NCBI GenBank assembly: GCA_036507075.1
Contig: DASXQR010000017.1
Location: forward strand, 100,567 to 164,566
Source of the DNA: Acidobacteriota bacterium
GTDB taxonomy: Bacteria > Acidobacteriota > UBA6911 > JACQSX01
Direction of reading: 5' to 3'
DNA: 64,000 nucleotides
Below are positions 29,019 to 39,648 of the stretch, piece after piece. Made by a program: the position numbers and the translations under genes. Position 1 is the first letter of the stretch. Each line of letters starts with the position of its first letter. Below the pieces are notes generated by a model. That model searched no databases. It was not told where the DNA came from and saw only the letters and a list, made by a program, of their open reading frames with translations.

Positions 29019-30317
29019 CTAGGGCTTCGTGGTCTTCGCGGCTCGATTTTCGGCGCCTCCCGGCCATGCGAACACAGTCCAGGCAAACAGGGCGGGCAGC
29101 ACATGCAGGAGCACCCTGGAAAGCGACGTGCCCATATGCCATTCAAATGGGTAAGGCGCGAAAAAATAACTGAAGAAATACAAAGCGAGTTGACCGAAAA
29201 ACAGCCACTTCAACCGGTACGGGTCCTGCCTTGTCCAAAGCAGCAATAACGGCAGCCACCAGGCAAAGTTCCATTTCCAGCCATTAAACATCTCCGTCAG
29301 CATCACTCCTAGAATGCCGGCTGCCCTGGGCAGCATTTCGAAATCCGGAATTGTTGCGCGATCCACAAACCACGCCTCCGAGCCGAATAGGTGCTTTGGA
29401 ATCCAGAATGCAAAGATTCCGGCTGTCACGCCGGCCAGGGCGGCTATCAACGGCAATCGCTTCTTCACGCCCGCTGAAAGGAATTCGGCGAAAATGAGAT
29501 AGGCGCAGAACAATAACGAGAATGCGATTCCTTCAGCTTTGGTCCAGCAGGTGAGAAAGATGGTAACCGCCAGCAGAACCGCCGTGCGCGGTTCGGGCCG
29601 GATTTGCAGCAGCAGCGCGAGAAAAATCGACGCGGCAATAAGGGTTTCCAGGATCAAATCCGCATCGCGGTTGAAGGCACCCACAAGAGCAAAGGGTATG
29701 ACGACATAAGCGGCTGTGAAAGTGAGAGAGGAGCCGCGTTCCCATCGCAATCTAGCCGAAGAATAGAGGATCAATAACAGCGAGCAAAAGAACATAAATA
29801 CGATGCCTTTTGCGGCGTCTTCGGAAAATCTTCCTTTGAGCCTGCCAAACCATGCGTGCATCAGCGGAATATTCCACGGGTAGGACGGCTGCACGTCGCG
29901 GAATCTGACGGCCTCCTGGCCGGTCAGCTTTCCTTCAATCGCGATTACCTTGCCCTTGAAAAGCCACATCGATATGGCATCCCATTCAACGACAGGCATG
30001 ATTACGACATGCGTCCAGACTTGTGCCAGCGCCGCTGCGATGAGTAACAGCGCTGCACCGTCTTTCCAGGTCCAGTTCTTGATATTCCAGCGCGGTCTGA
30101 TGGCGACGGTGAAGAGCAGAAACGGGGAAAGAATCAATGCGCTCCAGAAAGCTTGGGCGCGCCAGGCTTCCATAAGGCCGAAATCGATCAGCGCATGAAC
30201 GCCGGCCGAAACCGGAAATGCCAATCCGAGCTTTTCCGAAAGACGTGCCCGCGGGATGGCGCAATGAACCATCCCGGCGCCAGTCAACAAAAGCCAGACA
30301 AATGCGAGCCAGCTCAT
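29019..30317 (-). CDS. Polytopic membrane protein, probable GT-C fold glycosyltransferase
   Basis: Many TM segments; WDAISMWLFKGK, YPWNIP, WTKAEG. Confidence 0.6.
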   Translation of the reverse strand: MSWLAFVWLLLTGAGMVHCAIPRARLSEKLGLAFPVSAGVHALIDFGLMEAWRAQAFWSALILSPFLLFTVAIRPRWNIKNWTWKDGAALLLIAAALAQVWTHVVIMPVVEWDAISMWLFKGKVIAIEGKLTGQEAVRFRDVQPSYPWNIPLMHAWFGRLKGRFSEDAAKGIVFMFFCSLLLILYSSARLRWERGSSLTFTAAYVVIPFALVGAFNRDADLILETLIAASIFLALLLQIRPEPRTAVLLAVTIFLTCWTKAEGIAFSLLFCAYLIFAEFLSAGVKKRLPLIAALAGVTAGIFAFWIPKHLFGSEAWFVDRATIPDFEMLPRAAGILGVMLTEMFNGWKWNFAWWLPLLLLWTRQDPYRLKWLFFGQLALYFFSYFFAPYPFEWHMGTSLSRVLLHVLPALFAWTVFAWPGGAENRAAKTTKP

Positions 30318-30757
30318 TGCTTTCGGTTCTTCAGCAGGACCACTTGCGGACTTTCATAGAGCTTTTCATAATTCTGGAAGGAAAATCCGGCGGGAACGCG
30401 TGGATAAAGCAGGGTGAATTCCGGTTTCAGTCCCGGATTCGAGATGGTATCGAAAAGAGTCCGGGTGGGATACAGCTCGTAGTCAAGCAGATGATGAAGA
30501 TAGACCCTTTTCTCATCCTCCATCTCTCCAGCCAGCAAAATAATCGATCCGGAAGGGACCTTCTCTCTCACTACCGTCACACACTCTCCCGAGCCCGGGA
30601 ACATCACGTCGCGCTTTTGCAGGTTGCCTTTGAGACCCGCGTAGTCTTTCCACTCTCTGAACATATTGGGAAAGCCTTCTGCCGCGAAATAGGCGATGCC
30701 GGCGCCAAACCAGATAAAGGCAATCAGGCGAACCGGTAAACGTGGTTGTTTTTCCAT
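30314..30757 (-). CDS. Hypothetical membrane-anchored protein
   Basis: N-terminal TM, YELYP motif, ATGA-coupled to the next gene. Confidence 0.65.
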   Translation of the reverse strand: MEKQPRLPVRLIAFIWFGAGIAYFAAEGFPNMFREWKDYAGLKGNLQKRDVMFPGSGECVTVVREKVPSGSIILLAGEMEDEKRVYLHHLLDYELYPTRTLFDTISNPGLKPEFTLLYPRVPAGFSFQNYEKLYESPQVVLLKNRKQ

Positions 30758-30824
30758 TCAGACCGCCCTGAGGAATTCAAAAGGCTGGTTTGGCATTCCT
30801 ATTTATAATAGCAACCGGTGACTT

Positions 30825-31973
30825 ATGAAAATTGGCATCACATGTTATCCCACGTACGGCGGAAGCGGTGTGGTTGCTTCGGAGCTTGGAAAAAGCCTGG
30901 CGGAGCGGGGCCACGAAGTGCACTTCATTTCATCTTCTCTCCCGAACCGCATTTTTGAGCTGACCGACCGCATTCGGTTCCATGAAGTCGATGTGATGGA
31001 TTATCCGCTTTTTGAATATGCGCCCTATTGCCTGGCGCTCGCCACGAGGATGGCGGAAGTGGCAGAGCAGGAGAACCTGGATCTGCTTCACGTGCATTAT
31101 GCCATTCCGCACTCCATCAGCGCTTACCTGGCAAGGGAGATGCTGGCTGAAAGACGGCGCCTTCCAATTGCAACCACGCTCCATGGAACCGACATTACAC
31201 TGGTGGGTCGCAATCACAGCTATCTGCCGATCACGCGCTTCGGCATTCGCCAGAGCGACGGCGTCACGGCTGTGTCGCGTTATTTGAAGAGCGCCACCCA
31301 GCGCGAATTCTGTTGCGACTGCGAGATCGAGGTGATTCCCAATTTCATCGACGGAAACGTCTTCCAGCGGCGCTTTTCGCAGGAGTTGTACCAGCGCTTT
31401 GCGCCCGACGGTGAGCGTATTCTGGTGCATCTTTCAAACTTTCGTCCGGTCAAACGAGTGCAGGATGTGGTGAAGGTGTTCTTCGGAATCCAGAAGAGTG
31501 TCCCCTCGGTGCTGTTGCTTCTGGGCGATGGAACGGAGCGGTCGAATGTCGAGTTTCTGGTACGCGAGCTGGGCATCAATCACAAGGTTTTTTTCATCGG
31601 AAAGATGAACAAGCCGGCCGAGTACCTTTCCATCTCCGACCTGATGATTCTACCGAGCGAGCTGGAGAGTTTTGGTTTGGCGGCGCTGGAGGCGATGGCA
31701 TGTGAGGTGCCGGTAATTGCAACCCGTGTGGGAGGCCTTCCCGAACTGGTGGAAGCGGGCCAGGTGGGTTGCCTGGCTCCTGTGGGGGCGATTGACGAGA
31801 TGGTTCGCTGCGGGATTGAATTACTGACCGACGAGAAGCGGCTGCGAAGTTTTGGAGCAGAGGCGCGGCGGCGGGCTCTGGAACGATACGATCGCGATCA
31901 GATCGTCCCCCAATACGAGGCTTTCTATCGAAAGCTCGTCAATGGCGATATTGCAAAAGCGGATTGTCCGTAG
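30825..31973 (+). CDS. bshA: N-acetyl-alpha-D-glucosaminyl L-malate synthase
   Basis: MKIGITCYPTYGGSGVVA, LHVHYAIPH, TLHGTDITLVG, SNFRPVKR, ESFGLAALEAM. Confidence 0.93.
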   Translation: MKIGITCYPTYGGSGVVASELGKSLAERGHEVHFISSSLPNRIFELTDRIRFHEVDVMDYPLFEYAPYCLALATRMAEVAEQENLDLLHVHYAIPHSISAYLAREMLAERRRLPIATTLHGTDITLVGRNHSYLPITRFGIRQSDGVTAVSRYLKSATQREFCCDCEIEVIPNFIDGNVFQRRFSQELYQRFAPDGERILVHLSNFRPVKRVQDVVKVFFGIQKSVPSVLLLLGDGTERSNVEFLVRELGINHKVFFIGKMNKPAEYLSISDLMILPSELESFGLAALEAMACEVPVIATRVGGLPELVEAGQVGCLAPVGAIDEMVRCGIELLTDEKRLRSFGAEARRRALERYDRDQIVPQYEAFYRKLVNGDIAKADCP

Positions 31974-31984
31974 TCCCCCAGGTC

Positions 31985-32051
31985 CACCGCGAAGGCGCGA
32001 AAGCGCGAACAACAGAGTCAGGCATTTTCGCGCCTTCGCGCCTTCGCGGTG
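31985..32051. repeat. CCGCGAAGG/CCTTCGCGG 9-periodic foldback (relatives at 38283-38338 and 41271-41295)
   Basis: caccgcgaaggcgcgaaagcgcgaa ... ttcgcgccttcgcgccttcgcggtg. Confidence 0.85.
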
Positions 32052-32055
32052 AGTA

Positions 32056-32595
32056 TTAACGGAAATTCGAAACGGCCCTTACCACGTCCGATGCGATCCG
32101 ATGCGGCAAATTTTGTGTTGGCTCGCCCGCTGGAAATTTGTAATCCTCGAGCCAGAAGGGAAGATTAGGCCGGTGCACGGAGGCCAGGTATACCTTCAGA
32201 TGCAGATTGTCTTTGGCGTGCGATACGCGGCCGGTAACGACAAAGTCGATCCCCAGCTCGCGAGCTGCCTGGCCCAGGTCGGATTGTCTGCTCTTGAATG
32301 GCTTGGATTCCTGGAAAGGAAGCGTTTCCAGCCTTCGGTAACGCGAAATTTCGCTCGCAATACTGCCTGCCAGGCCGTCCAGCATTCGATCATTGTCTGC
32401 GTTTTCAGCCCCGAGGAAGGGAAGTACCGCAATTCGCCGAGGAGGCGGCTGCACTCCGCTCTTGCCCGTCAGCAGGAACAGCCAGAAGGGACTGGTGGCG
32501 ACAATCGCCGTGACCAGGAGGGCAACGATGACCCAGATGCCTTGAGTACGCGTCGATTCTTTGTGCCCTTTGTGTCTTAGTGGTGAAAGACTCAT
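32056..32595 (-). CDS. Membrane-anchored TolB-like/IAVLPF domain protein (start uncertain)
   Basis: TM then RIAVLPF...DGLA...ARELGIDFVVTGRV. Confidence 0.65.
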   Translation of the reverse strand: MSLSPLRHKGHKESTRTQGIWVIVALLVTAIVATSPFWLFLLTGKSGVQPPPRRIAVLPFLGAENADNDRMLDGLAGSIASEISRYRRLETLPFQESKPFKSRQSDLGQAARELGIDFVVTGRVSHAKDNLHLKVYLASVHRPNLPFWLEDYKFPAGEPTQNLPHRIASDVVRAVSNFR

Positions 32596-32622
32596 TAACC
32601 ACAAAGGCACAAAGAACACCAA

Positions 32623-34401
32623 CTAATGGGAAGCGAAAGAAGATCCAACCAGGCCATGGAAAGCGCCCGTCGCTGTGCTCCGCACTGTGCCTTCATTCCC
32701 TCTCCCGGAATCGGAGGCGAGGGCGCTGGAGGAGCGGCTGTATTCGTGTCGTGACAGAACTTCCATGATTTCATCGACACAGTGACGGGCCGACCCGGCT
32801 CGAGAGGCAAAATTATTGCAGAAAATCGCAAACGCGAGACGCTTGCCTTGCAGTGTGTACAGGAAACCTCCCAACGCAACGGCGTTGGACAGAGTTCCCG
32901 TCTTTCCAAAGATCCGCTGCGCTGTGGCGTCGCTGGAAAGCCGGTGCCGCAGCGTTCCGTCGATTGATGCCACCGACAGGCTCGACACAAACTGGGGGTA
33001 GTAGTTCTGCGAGGCTACAAAGCGCAACAACGAGATTTCGACGTGCGGGCTCAATAAATTGCTCTTGGATAATCCGGACCCGTCGTAAATGGCAACATCT
33101 CGGGGATTGATGCCGGTCTGCGCCACGTAATCCTGGACCACGGAGATGCCCGCTTCGGTGGTGCTGCGTCCGCGCACTTCGCTGCCGACCAGGCGCAGGA
33201 GCAACTCTGCATAAGAATTCACGCTCCGCTTGTTGATGATACTGATCGCGTCCAGCAGGGGAGGCGACTCGTGCCTGGCCCATTCCTTCATTTCCCGGTA
33301 GGGAATTCCGCCGCCGTGGTGCGACACGGGCATTCCTGCAACGTCGATCCCTTCGTGCTGCAGAGATTCCTTCAGCAGATAGGCGGCAAAACCTGCCGGA
33401 TCGTCTACTTTGATGTACCGGGAGTGACTTCCCGCGCGCAACGGCAGCCTTCCGGTAAGGACGATCGTGTTTTTTCCCGGGACTTTGGAGACGTTGAAAG
33501 TGCTTCTGCGCGCCCGCGTTGCAGTAGCCCGGTTGATGATCCGGAAATAGTCCGTACTCGGCTCCGTGTAGACGCGCACAGGGGCGCCGTTGCGGACGGG
33601 GATCGCGCGGACTGCAACCAGATTGTCGTTGAAAGAAAGAGCGCTTACCGACGTGTCATCATCGGAGTCGCTGTCCGCTAACTTCTGATCTCCCAGCCGA
33701 TCTCCCGGGGAATTCTCATCTCTGAGCTGCTGCGCCACGGCAGAAGTCGGGGGAGGTTGGTAGGGGTAAAGAGAATCGTCGCCCACAATGTTGCCGCCAA
33801 TGCGGTGCACTCCATGGGCCCGCAACTTCGCGGCAATTTCGTCAAAAAAGCTGGATGCGTTGTTCTTAAGGAAATTACGCGAGAAAAAAGGATCTCCGCC
33901 GCCGCGCAAGACCAGGTTACCGCGGAGGGTTCCGTCCGGATCCAGGTTAGAATGACTGTAAACGGCTGTCTTGAATCGATAATCCGCGCCAAGGTAATGC
34001 ATTGCCGTGGCAGTGGTAAACAGTTTCATGTTCGACGCTGGGATCATCGGGATGGAAGAATTGTGGGAGTAGATGATCTGGTTCTCATCAAGAGAAAGAA
34101 CCTCAATGCCCCACTCAGCCAGATCATTGGGGTGCCGATTGATCAGTTCTTCGATCTTCGCCTCCAGAGCCGGGTCAATAGCCAGCGTGGGCGCAGGAGG
34201 AACCGAACCTGCCCGCACGGGCTGCGATGTGGCCGAACCTGCCCGCAGATAAACTGTGCCGTCGGGGGCGACAGTGCGTTGCTGCACTCCAAAGACAAAA
34301 CGACCGTTGGATACTGAGCCGGAAAGCAGCGTCACATAAAGGCAAACTGCCAACAGCAGGATGTTTTTTAGAGTCGAAGGGAAGTACCTGGATATCTTCA
34401 T
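32623..34401 (-). CDS. dacB: D-alanyl-D-alanine carboxypeptidase/endopeptidase (PBP4, peptidase S13)
   Basis: PASNMK (SxxK), GGGDP, KRSVN (SxN), DGSGLS, GKTGTL (KTG). Confidence 0.92.
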   Translation of the reverse strand: MKISRYFPSTLKNILLLAVCLYVTLLSGSVSNGRFVFGVQQRTVAPDGTVYLRAGSATSQPVRAGSVPPAPTLAIDPALEAKIEELINRHPNDLAEWGIEVLSLDENQIIYSHNSSIPMIPASNMKLFTTATAMHYLGADYRFKTAVYSHSNLDPDGTLRGNLVLRGGGDPFFSRNFLKNNASSFFDEIAAKLRAHGVHRIGGNIVGDDSLYPYQPPPTSAVAQQLRDENSPGDRLGDQKLADSDSDDDTSVSALSFNDNLVAVRAIPVRNGAPVRVYTEPSTDYFRIINRATATRARRSTFNVSKVPGKNTIVLTGRLPLRAGSHSRYIKVDDPAGFAAYLLKESLQHEGIDVAGMPVSHHGGGIPYREMKEWARHESPPLLDAISIINKRSVNSYAELLLRLVGSEVRGRSTTEAGISVVQDYVAQTGINPRDVAIYDGSGLSKSNLLSPHVEISLLRFVASQNYYPQFVSSLSVASIDGTLRHRLSSDATAQRIFGKTGTLSNAVALGGFLYTLQGKRLAFAIFCNNFASRAGSARHCVDEIMEVLSRHEYSRSSSALASDSGRGNEGTVRSTATGAFHGLVGSSFASH

Positions 34402-34418
34402 GCGGCAAAAGTTCCCGT

Positions 34419-34447
34419 ACTATAAACTAAAAACCCAATAGCCGCAA
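34419..34447 (-). promoter_or_regulatory. Sigma70-type promoter for dacB
   Basis: TTGCGG-N17-TATAGT on the minus strand. Confidence 0.5.
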
Positions 34448-34521
34448 GTGATTAGCTGCACACAACGATGCTGGACAGGTAAGATCTGCAAATTTTGCCT
34501 GGTCTTGTAGTCTGGCGTCTC

Positions 34522-35268
34522 TTAGCTCACCACTTTACCGATGCGACTCCATCGGGTTTTACTGAAGAAATAGACGATTCTTGTGCCGTAAAGTTTCACC
34601 AGTTCAACAAGATTCGTCTTAGTGTAGGCGTAGGGATCGTCCTCGTATGACCAGAAAATGAACAGAGGACGTCCGACGATGAGCTCCTCTGGAAGGGTTC
34701 CCCAATAACGGCTGTCGGCACTGTCATCGCGGTTGTCGCCCATCATGAAATAGTGGTGGGGGGGGATGGTAAAGGGTGCGAGGCTGTCGCGACGGTTATC
34801 GTGATAGGCGCCCCACGCGAAAACGTTGGGATCGGAGTGCACTTTGTAGTTTTCCTGCAGTGGTTTACCGTCGATGTAGACAGTTTTGTCGCGAATCTCA
34901 AACCTTTCTCCCGGCAGGCCGATCGCACGTTTGACATACAGGACTTCGGGGTTCTGCGGATATTTGAAGACAATGATGTCTCCCCGGCGGATTTTGTGCC
35001 TGGGAAGCAGTGGATTGCTGGAATGAAGCCCGGTTCGGACGGTAAATTTGTCAATGATCAGGCGGTCGCCCACCAGGATGGTGGGCACCATGGACGGCGT
35101 GGGAACCGTCATAGGATGGAGAATGAACGTTGTCACGAACAAAGCCAGGATGGTGCAGATCGCGGTTGTTACAAAGTATTCGCGAAAGGTACTGTACTGA
35201 ATCTGCGGCTCGGCTGTGGCAACCGGCGGCTGCTCTTCGATTTCTTCGCGCTGATCGATTAAATTCAA
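34522..35268 (-). CDS. lepB: Signal peptidase I
   Basis: PTPSMVPT, YVKRAIGLPG, MGDNRDDSADSRYWG. Confidence 0.95.
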   Translation of the reverse strand: MNLIDQREEIEEQPPVATAEPQIQYSTFREYFVTTAICTILALFVTTFILHPMTVPTPSMVPTILVGDRLIIDKFTVRTGLHSSNPLLPRHKIRRGDIIVFKYPQNPEVLYVKRAIGLPGERFEIRDKTVYIDGKPLQENYKVHSDPNVFAWGAYHDNRRDSLAPFTIPPHHYFMMGDNRDDSADSRYWGTLPEELIVGRPLFIFWSYEDDPYAYTKTNLVELVKLYGTRIVYFFSKTRWSRIGKVVS

Positions 35269-35493
35269 TTCAAGGCTCCATAAGTCTTAGCTGATGCGCG
35301 CCAATCCAAGGATCGGCATCACCCGCCACATGAAGTATACGTACAAACCTGACTTGGTGTCTTGGTGGTTCATTCTTTGTTCACCACCAAGGCACCAAGC
35401 CAGCTCAACTTCCACACTTCTGATCCCCAGCCGGCCGAATTCGTTTTACTTCACCACCCTGCACATCGGGCCGGAGTCTAGGCAAACCTTGGA

Positions 35494-36054
35494 TTATAAA
35501 AAGAGTTCCCGGCAGGCGCAATGCAATTTGACTCCGCTTTGGTCCAGGCCGGCCATCAGATCGGCTGCGGTGCGTCCCAGTAAAGGGTGTCTCCAAGTCT
35601 TGTCGATTTCCAGCATGGGTACCAGGACAAAAGGTCGAAAATGCATTCGGGGATGTGGCACTGTCAGATCAAGAGCAACAGGGAGCCGGGCTAAGCTGGG
35701 GCCCGAAGCCCGGTGCTGCTGGCCCAGCGTGAAGCAGACGCGCCCAAAGGCCAGCAGATCCAGGTCCAGAGTGCGACGGCTGTCCGAGTCGCTGCGGACG
35801 CGACCATTATCTCTTTCGATCCTCAGCATTTCGGCAAGAAGCGGGACTACATCCAGGTCCGTTTGCAAGCGGCAAACCAGATTGAGAAACTTCCCGCCAG
35901 GCCCGGAATAACCCGGTGCCCAGACCGGCGCCGTTTCGTAAATAGATGAAAACCGTGTTTCTCCCAGGCGCGAAAGCGACTCGGCGGCCCGCCGCAGATA
36001 AGCCCTTCGATCGTCCAGATTGGAGCCCAAACCGATCCAGGCTTCACTCATCAA
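35494..36054 (-). CDS. folK: 2-amino-4-hydroxy-6-hydroxymethyldihydropteridine diphosphokinase
   Basis: IGLGSNL, SSIYET, RTLDLDLL, PHPRMHFRPFVLVP. Confidence 0.93.
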   Translation of the reverse strand: MMSEAWIGLGSNLDDRRAYLRRAAESLSRLGETRFSSIYETAPVWAPGYSGPGGKFLNLVCRLQTDLDVVPLLAEMLRIERDNGRVRSDSDSRRTLDLDLLAFGRVCFTLGQQHRASGPSLARLPVALDLTVPHPRMHFRPFVLVPMLEIDKTWRHPLLGRTAADLMAGLDQSGVKLHCACRELFL

Positions 36055-38267
36055 AACAGACTCTCCGGCTGTGGAATTGTTCCGAACGTTCCGATTCCCT
36101 TCAGAAAGAACGAAAACCGGAATTGTGATTCACGGCGCACGGCGACGTCGAACTGGAAAAACTGAAGCGACACTCCGCAGCAGTCCCAGAAATAATTCAG
36201 CCGCGTGCTGTTGTAGACCAGCGCCGATCGCTGAATATCGTAGTTGAGCGTCGTTCCGGCGGAAAAACCTCGGGCGCGATTTCCGAAAAATGCCGAGGTT
36301 TGAATCTGGTTGCTTGTAAAGCTTGAAGGATCCAGTTTCCGCGTCAGGAAGTAAGTGGTAGCGGCATACCACAGGCCTTTGGAAAACGAACCCGTCACGC
36401 TGGTGTTCCGAAAGCTGCTGCGCTGCGTGTCGTAGTCGGCGCGCAGGTCGGCGCTGTATCTGTACGACGGGTTGAATCGAAACACTGCCGTCACCGGAGA
36501 AAAACGTCTTTTTTCGGTCGCGTAAAGGAACCCGGTGAGCGTGTTCAGCGGATAGAACTGGTTGACGCTTCCCGGATCCAGAGCACCCCCGAAAGTTGGG
36601 TCGAAAAAATATTTCTGCGCCACCTGGAATGACATCGTCTCGATGTTGGTATCCCCATCGCCGTATACATTGCGGCGCCGGAAGAAGCGCTGAGTAATGC
36701 CGTACTCGACTTCGTTGGTATCAGCGACGGCATCGACCTCGTCAAAACGAATGATGCGCGGAAACTCGTTGATGCCCTGAATCCACCGGTAGCGCACTTC
36801 GGGCTCGATGGTATGCCGAAATCCGCCCCAAAGTTCAAAGCGGCGCTCGATCACGGGTCCCAGCACATCGACCACCGCCTCCAGGTATTCACGATTCAGT
36901 CTCTTATTTGAAAGGCGGCCGGTCGCTGTGTCGCGGCTGTTGCTGTAAAAAGTTTCACGCGCCCCGAATTTCGGAAAGATCGACAAGAATGAAGTCTTCA
37001 GGCCTGAGTAGTAAATACGGGGAAAGAAGTCGAACCTCTGGACGATATCGGGAGTTTGCAGCAGAGCGTCTGAGCGGTTCAGTCCTTCCAGCGTGGATTC
37101 GAATTCCAAGCGAAAGTTCCTTCCCAGCGGGGCGCCTGCGGATCTCAGTTGGATGGAGGGCGAGCTGCGAACCAGGATATTGCGGACGGGGAAAAATGTC
37201 TCCTCGCGATTAAAGGAAATATTGAAGCTCAGAGACCCGAAATTATTCGTCAGAAAGGCCGTGGAAATTTCGTTTGGCGTCGTGGCGGCGCGAAAAGTAT
37301 CCGAGAACACCTGACGAAACACCAGATTGGTAGTGAGGTTGAGCATCGCTACGCCGCGGAATCCGTTGGCAAACTGAGTGTGCGCGTTTGCAAGAAAAAT
37401 CGTGCCCCCCTGTCGCAGGCGGTCGTTGACCGAGTAGACATTCAGAAGAATGTCGGTGGCCTTGTTGGGCCGCGCTCGAAAAGTGGCGCCATAACCCGGG
37501 CCCCGCTGCGTAAAGTACTCTCCCAGAATGGTTACGTCCGCGCTCTCGCCCAGGGTGAGATAGAACTCCTCGCTGAAGCGACGCCCTTTGTTATTTGAAG
37601 TACCACTGGCCGGCAGCAGAAAGCCCGATGCGCGACGCTTTCTCTGCAGCGGGATCCGCACGAACGGGGTATAGAACACGGGCAGGCTTTTTACGCGGAA
37701 GATTGCATTGTACGCATGCACCGAGCTGTTTACCCGAATGGAGGCCCGGCCCGGATTGAAACTCCATTTGGGAAGCGCTTCGTTGCAGGAAGTGACAAAT
37801 CCGCCCTCGACTTTGTAAGTCTCCGGCCCGGTCTTAATGATCACATCGCCTTTAATGTAAAACTCGCGGTCGGTAAAGCCTTCGGCGTCATAAAGCCGTC
37901 CGGTTTGATTTTTGAGGTTCAGTTCGGCGCGGCTTCCCTCGATCCAGTGGATCCCCTGCGACAGGCGAAGCCGGCCGGGTGCAACGGCATCATCCGTTTC
38001 CGAATTGTATTCCACTCGCTCTGAAGTCAGGACCATATCCTTGTGCGTGATGCGCACGTTTCCAGTAGCGCTCCACTGGTCCTTTCCCAGTCGCTCGATG
38101 CGGTCGGCCTCAAGAAGAATTACACCGTCGGGTCGTGGGATTTCCGCCGTGGCGCGGGGCGCATTCTGTGAGTACAGAGGGCTGAACATGAAACAGAAGC
38201 AGCAGAGCAGCCACGATTTGCGCCACGTCATCCCGGCTTTGTAACCTGAAGCGGATATTGAATGCAA
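36051..38267 (-). CDS. lptD: LPS-assembly protein LptD
   Basis: OstA-like N-terminus, TSC...W, RASGFLLP, beta-barrel, C-terminal WDCC...LKGIG. Confidence 0.85.
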   Translation of the reverse strand: MHSISASGYKAGMTWRKSWLLCCFCFMFSPLYSQNAPRATAEIPRPDGVILLEADRIERLGKDQWSATGNVRITHKDMVLTSERVEYNSETDDAVAPGRLRLSQGIHWIEGSRAELNLKNQTGRLYDAEGFTDREFYIKGDVIIKTGPETYKVEGGFVTSCNEALPKWSFNPGRASIRVNSSVHAYNAIFRVKSLPVFYTPFVRIPLQRKRRASGFLLPASGTSNNKGRRFSEEFYLTLGESADVTILGEYFTQRGPGYGATFRARPNKATDILLNVYSVNDRLRQGGTIFLANAHTQFANGFRGVAMLNLTTNLVFRQVFSDTFRAATTPNEISTAFLTNNFGSLSFNISFNREETFFPVRNILVRSSPSIQLRSAGAPLGRNFRLEFESTLEGLNRSDALLQTPDIVQRFDFFPRIYYSGLKTSFLSIFPKFGARETFYSNSRDTATGRLSNKRLNREYLEAVVDVLGPVIERRFELWGGFRHTIEPEVRYRWIQGINEFPRIIRFDEVDAVADTNEVEYGITQRFFRRRNVYGDGDTNIETMSFQVAQKYFFDPTFGGALDPGSVNQFYPLNTLTGFLYATEKRRFSPVTAVFRFNPSYRYSADLRADYDTQRSSFRNTSVTGSFSKGLWYAATTYFLTRKLDPSSFTSNQIQTSAFFGNRARGFSAGTTLNYDIQRSALVYNSTRLNYFWDCCGVSLQFFQFDVAVRRESQFRFSFFLKGIGTFGTIPQPESLF

Positions 38268-38422
38268 ATCCCAAAAGCTCTAACCGCGAAAGCGCGAAAG
38301 GCTAGCTTTTTTATTTCGCGCCTTCGCGCCTTTGCGGTGGAATTTAGCTTGCGTGACGGCCGTAACTAGAAAACGCCGCCCGATTCTGGTAGCTTGAAAC
38401 GCTTTCAGAAGGGATAAAACAG

Positions 38423-39643
38423 TTGCTGGTACGTGCCCCCCAACTCGATCGGATTCGGATCTCGGAGAACAAACTCGAGGTTCCCAGGGAAATTTCCATT
38501 CCCTATATCGTCGGCGACGGAATCGGCGAGGATATTTCTCCGATCACCATCGATGTTCTGCGCACCGCCGTCGAGGCGGCATACACGGACCGCCGGATTG
38601 AATGGTTCGAGCTCCCGGCCGGTGACGCAGGCGAGCGGAAAGTGGGCAGCCGCCTGCCCAGCGAGACACTGCAGTATCTGCGCGAACACGTCGTTTCTCT
38701 GAAGGGTCCGCTGGCGACTCCCGTGGCCGCGGGATTTCGCAGCGTGAACGTGATCTTGCGAAAACTGCTGGATTTGTACGCCTGCGTTCGACCCTGCCGC
38801 TACACTCCGGGCGTCCCCAGTCCCATGAAACATCCCGAGCATGTCAACGTTGTGGTTTTTCGCGAAAACACCGAAGACGTTTACATGGGCGTCGAGTACG
38901 AAAAGGGCTCGGATCGTGCCGACAAGCTTAGGCGCTTCCTGGGCGAGGAGCTGGGAGATTTCATTCGAGAAGGATCGGGAATTGGAATCAAGCCCATCAG
39001 CGAGTTTGGAAGCAAGCGATTTGTCCGAAAGGCTATCCAATACGCGTTCGATCGCAAGCGCGACCTTGTAACGCTGGTTCACAAAGGCAACATCATGAAG
39101 CATACCGAAGGCGCGTTTATGCGCTGGGGGTATGAAGTGGCCGAACAGGAATTTGCCGGCCGGATTGTGAAAGGAGAGGGCCCGCCGATCCCGGGCAAAG
39201 TGCGCATCAATGATCGCATTGCCGACAATATGTTCCAGCAGGTGATCCTTCGCCCCGACAAGTACGCCGTGCTGGCGACACCCAATTTGACCGGCGATTA
39301 CCTTTCCGATACCTGTGCCGCACTGGTGGGCGGGCTGGGCCTGGCCCCCGGGGCCAACATCGGAGATCATTACGCCGTCTTTGAAGCGACGCACGGAACG
39401 GCGCCCGATATCGCCGGAAAAGACCTGGCCAATCCTTCAGGCCTGGTCCTGTCAGGCAGGATGCTGCTCAACTACATCGGCTGGGACCAAGCGGCTCAAC
39501 TTGTCACCAAGGCCGTTGAGCTGTCGGTTCAGGGCCGCCGCGTGACTGCCGACCTGGCCGTGCAGATGGAGAAATCCAGCACTGTCGGATCTCGTGAATT
39601 TGGGGAGATCTTGAAGGAAAATATCCGCCGGGCTGCGCGTTAG
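38423..39643 (+). CDS. icd: Isocitrate dehydrogenase (E. coli-type; start uncertain)
   Basis: GDGIG, KGPLATP, RENTED, VHKGNIMK, FEATHGTAP. Confidence 0.93.
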   Translation: MLVRAPQLDRIRISENKLEVPREISIPYIVGDGIGEDISPITIDVLRTAVEAAYTDRRIEWFELPAGDAGERKVGSRLPSETLQYLREHVVSLKGPLATPVAAGFRSVNVILRKLLDLYACVRPCRYTPGVPSPMKHPEHVNVVVFRENTEDVYMGVEYEKGSDRADKLRRFLGEELGDFIREGSGIGIKPISEFGSKRFVRKAIQYAFDRKRDLVTLVHKGNIMKHTEGAFMRWGYEVAEQEFAGRIVKGEGPPIPGKVRINDRIADNMFQQVILRPDKYAVLATPNLTGDYLSDTCAALVGGLGLAPGANIGDHYAVFEATHGTAPDIAGKDLANPSGLVLSGRMLLNYIGWDQAAQLVTKAVELSVQGRRVTADLAVQMEKSSTVGSREFGEILKENIRRAAR

Positions 39644-39648
39644 TCCCT

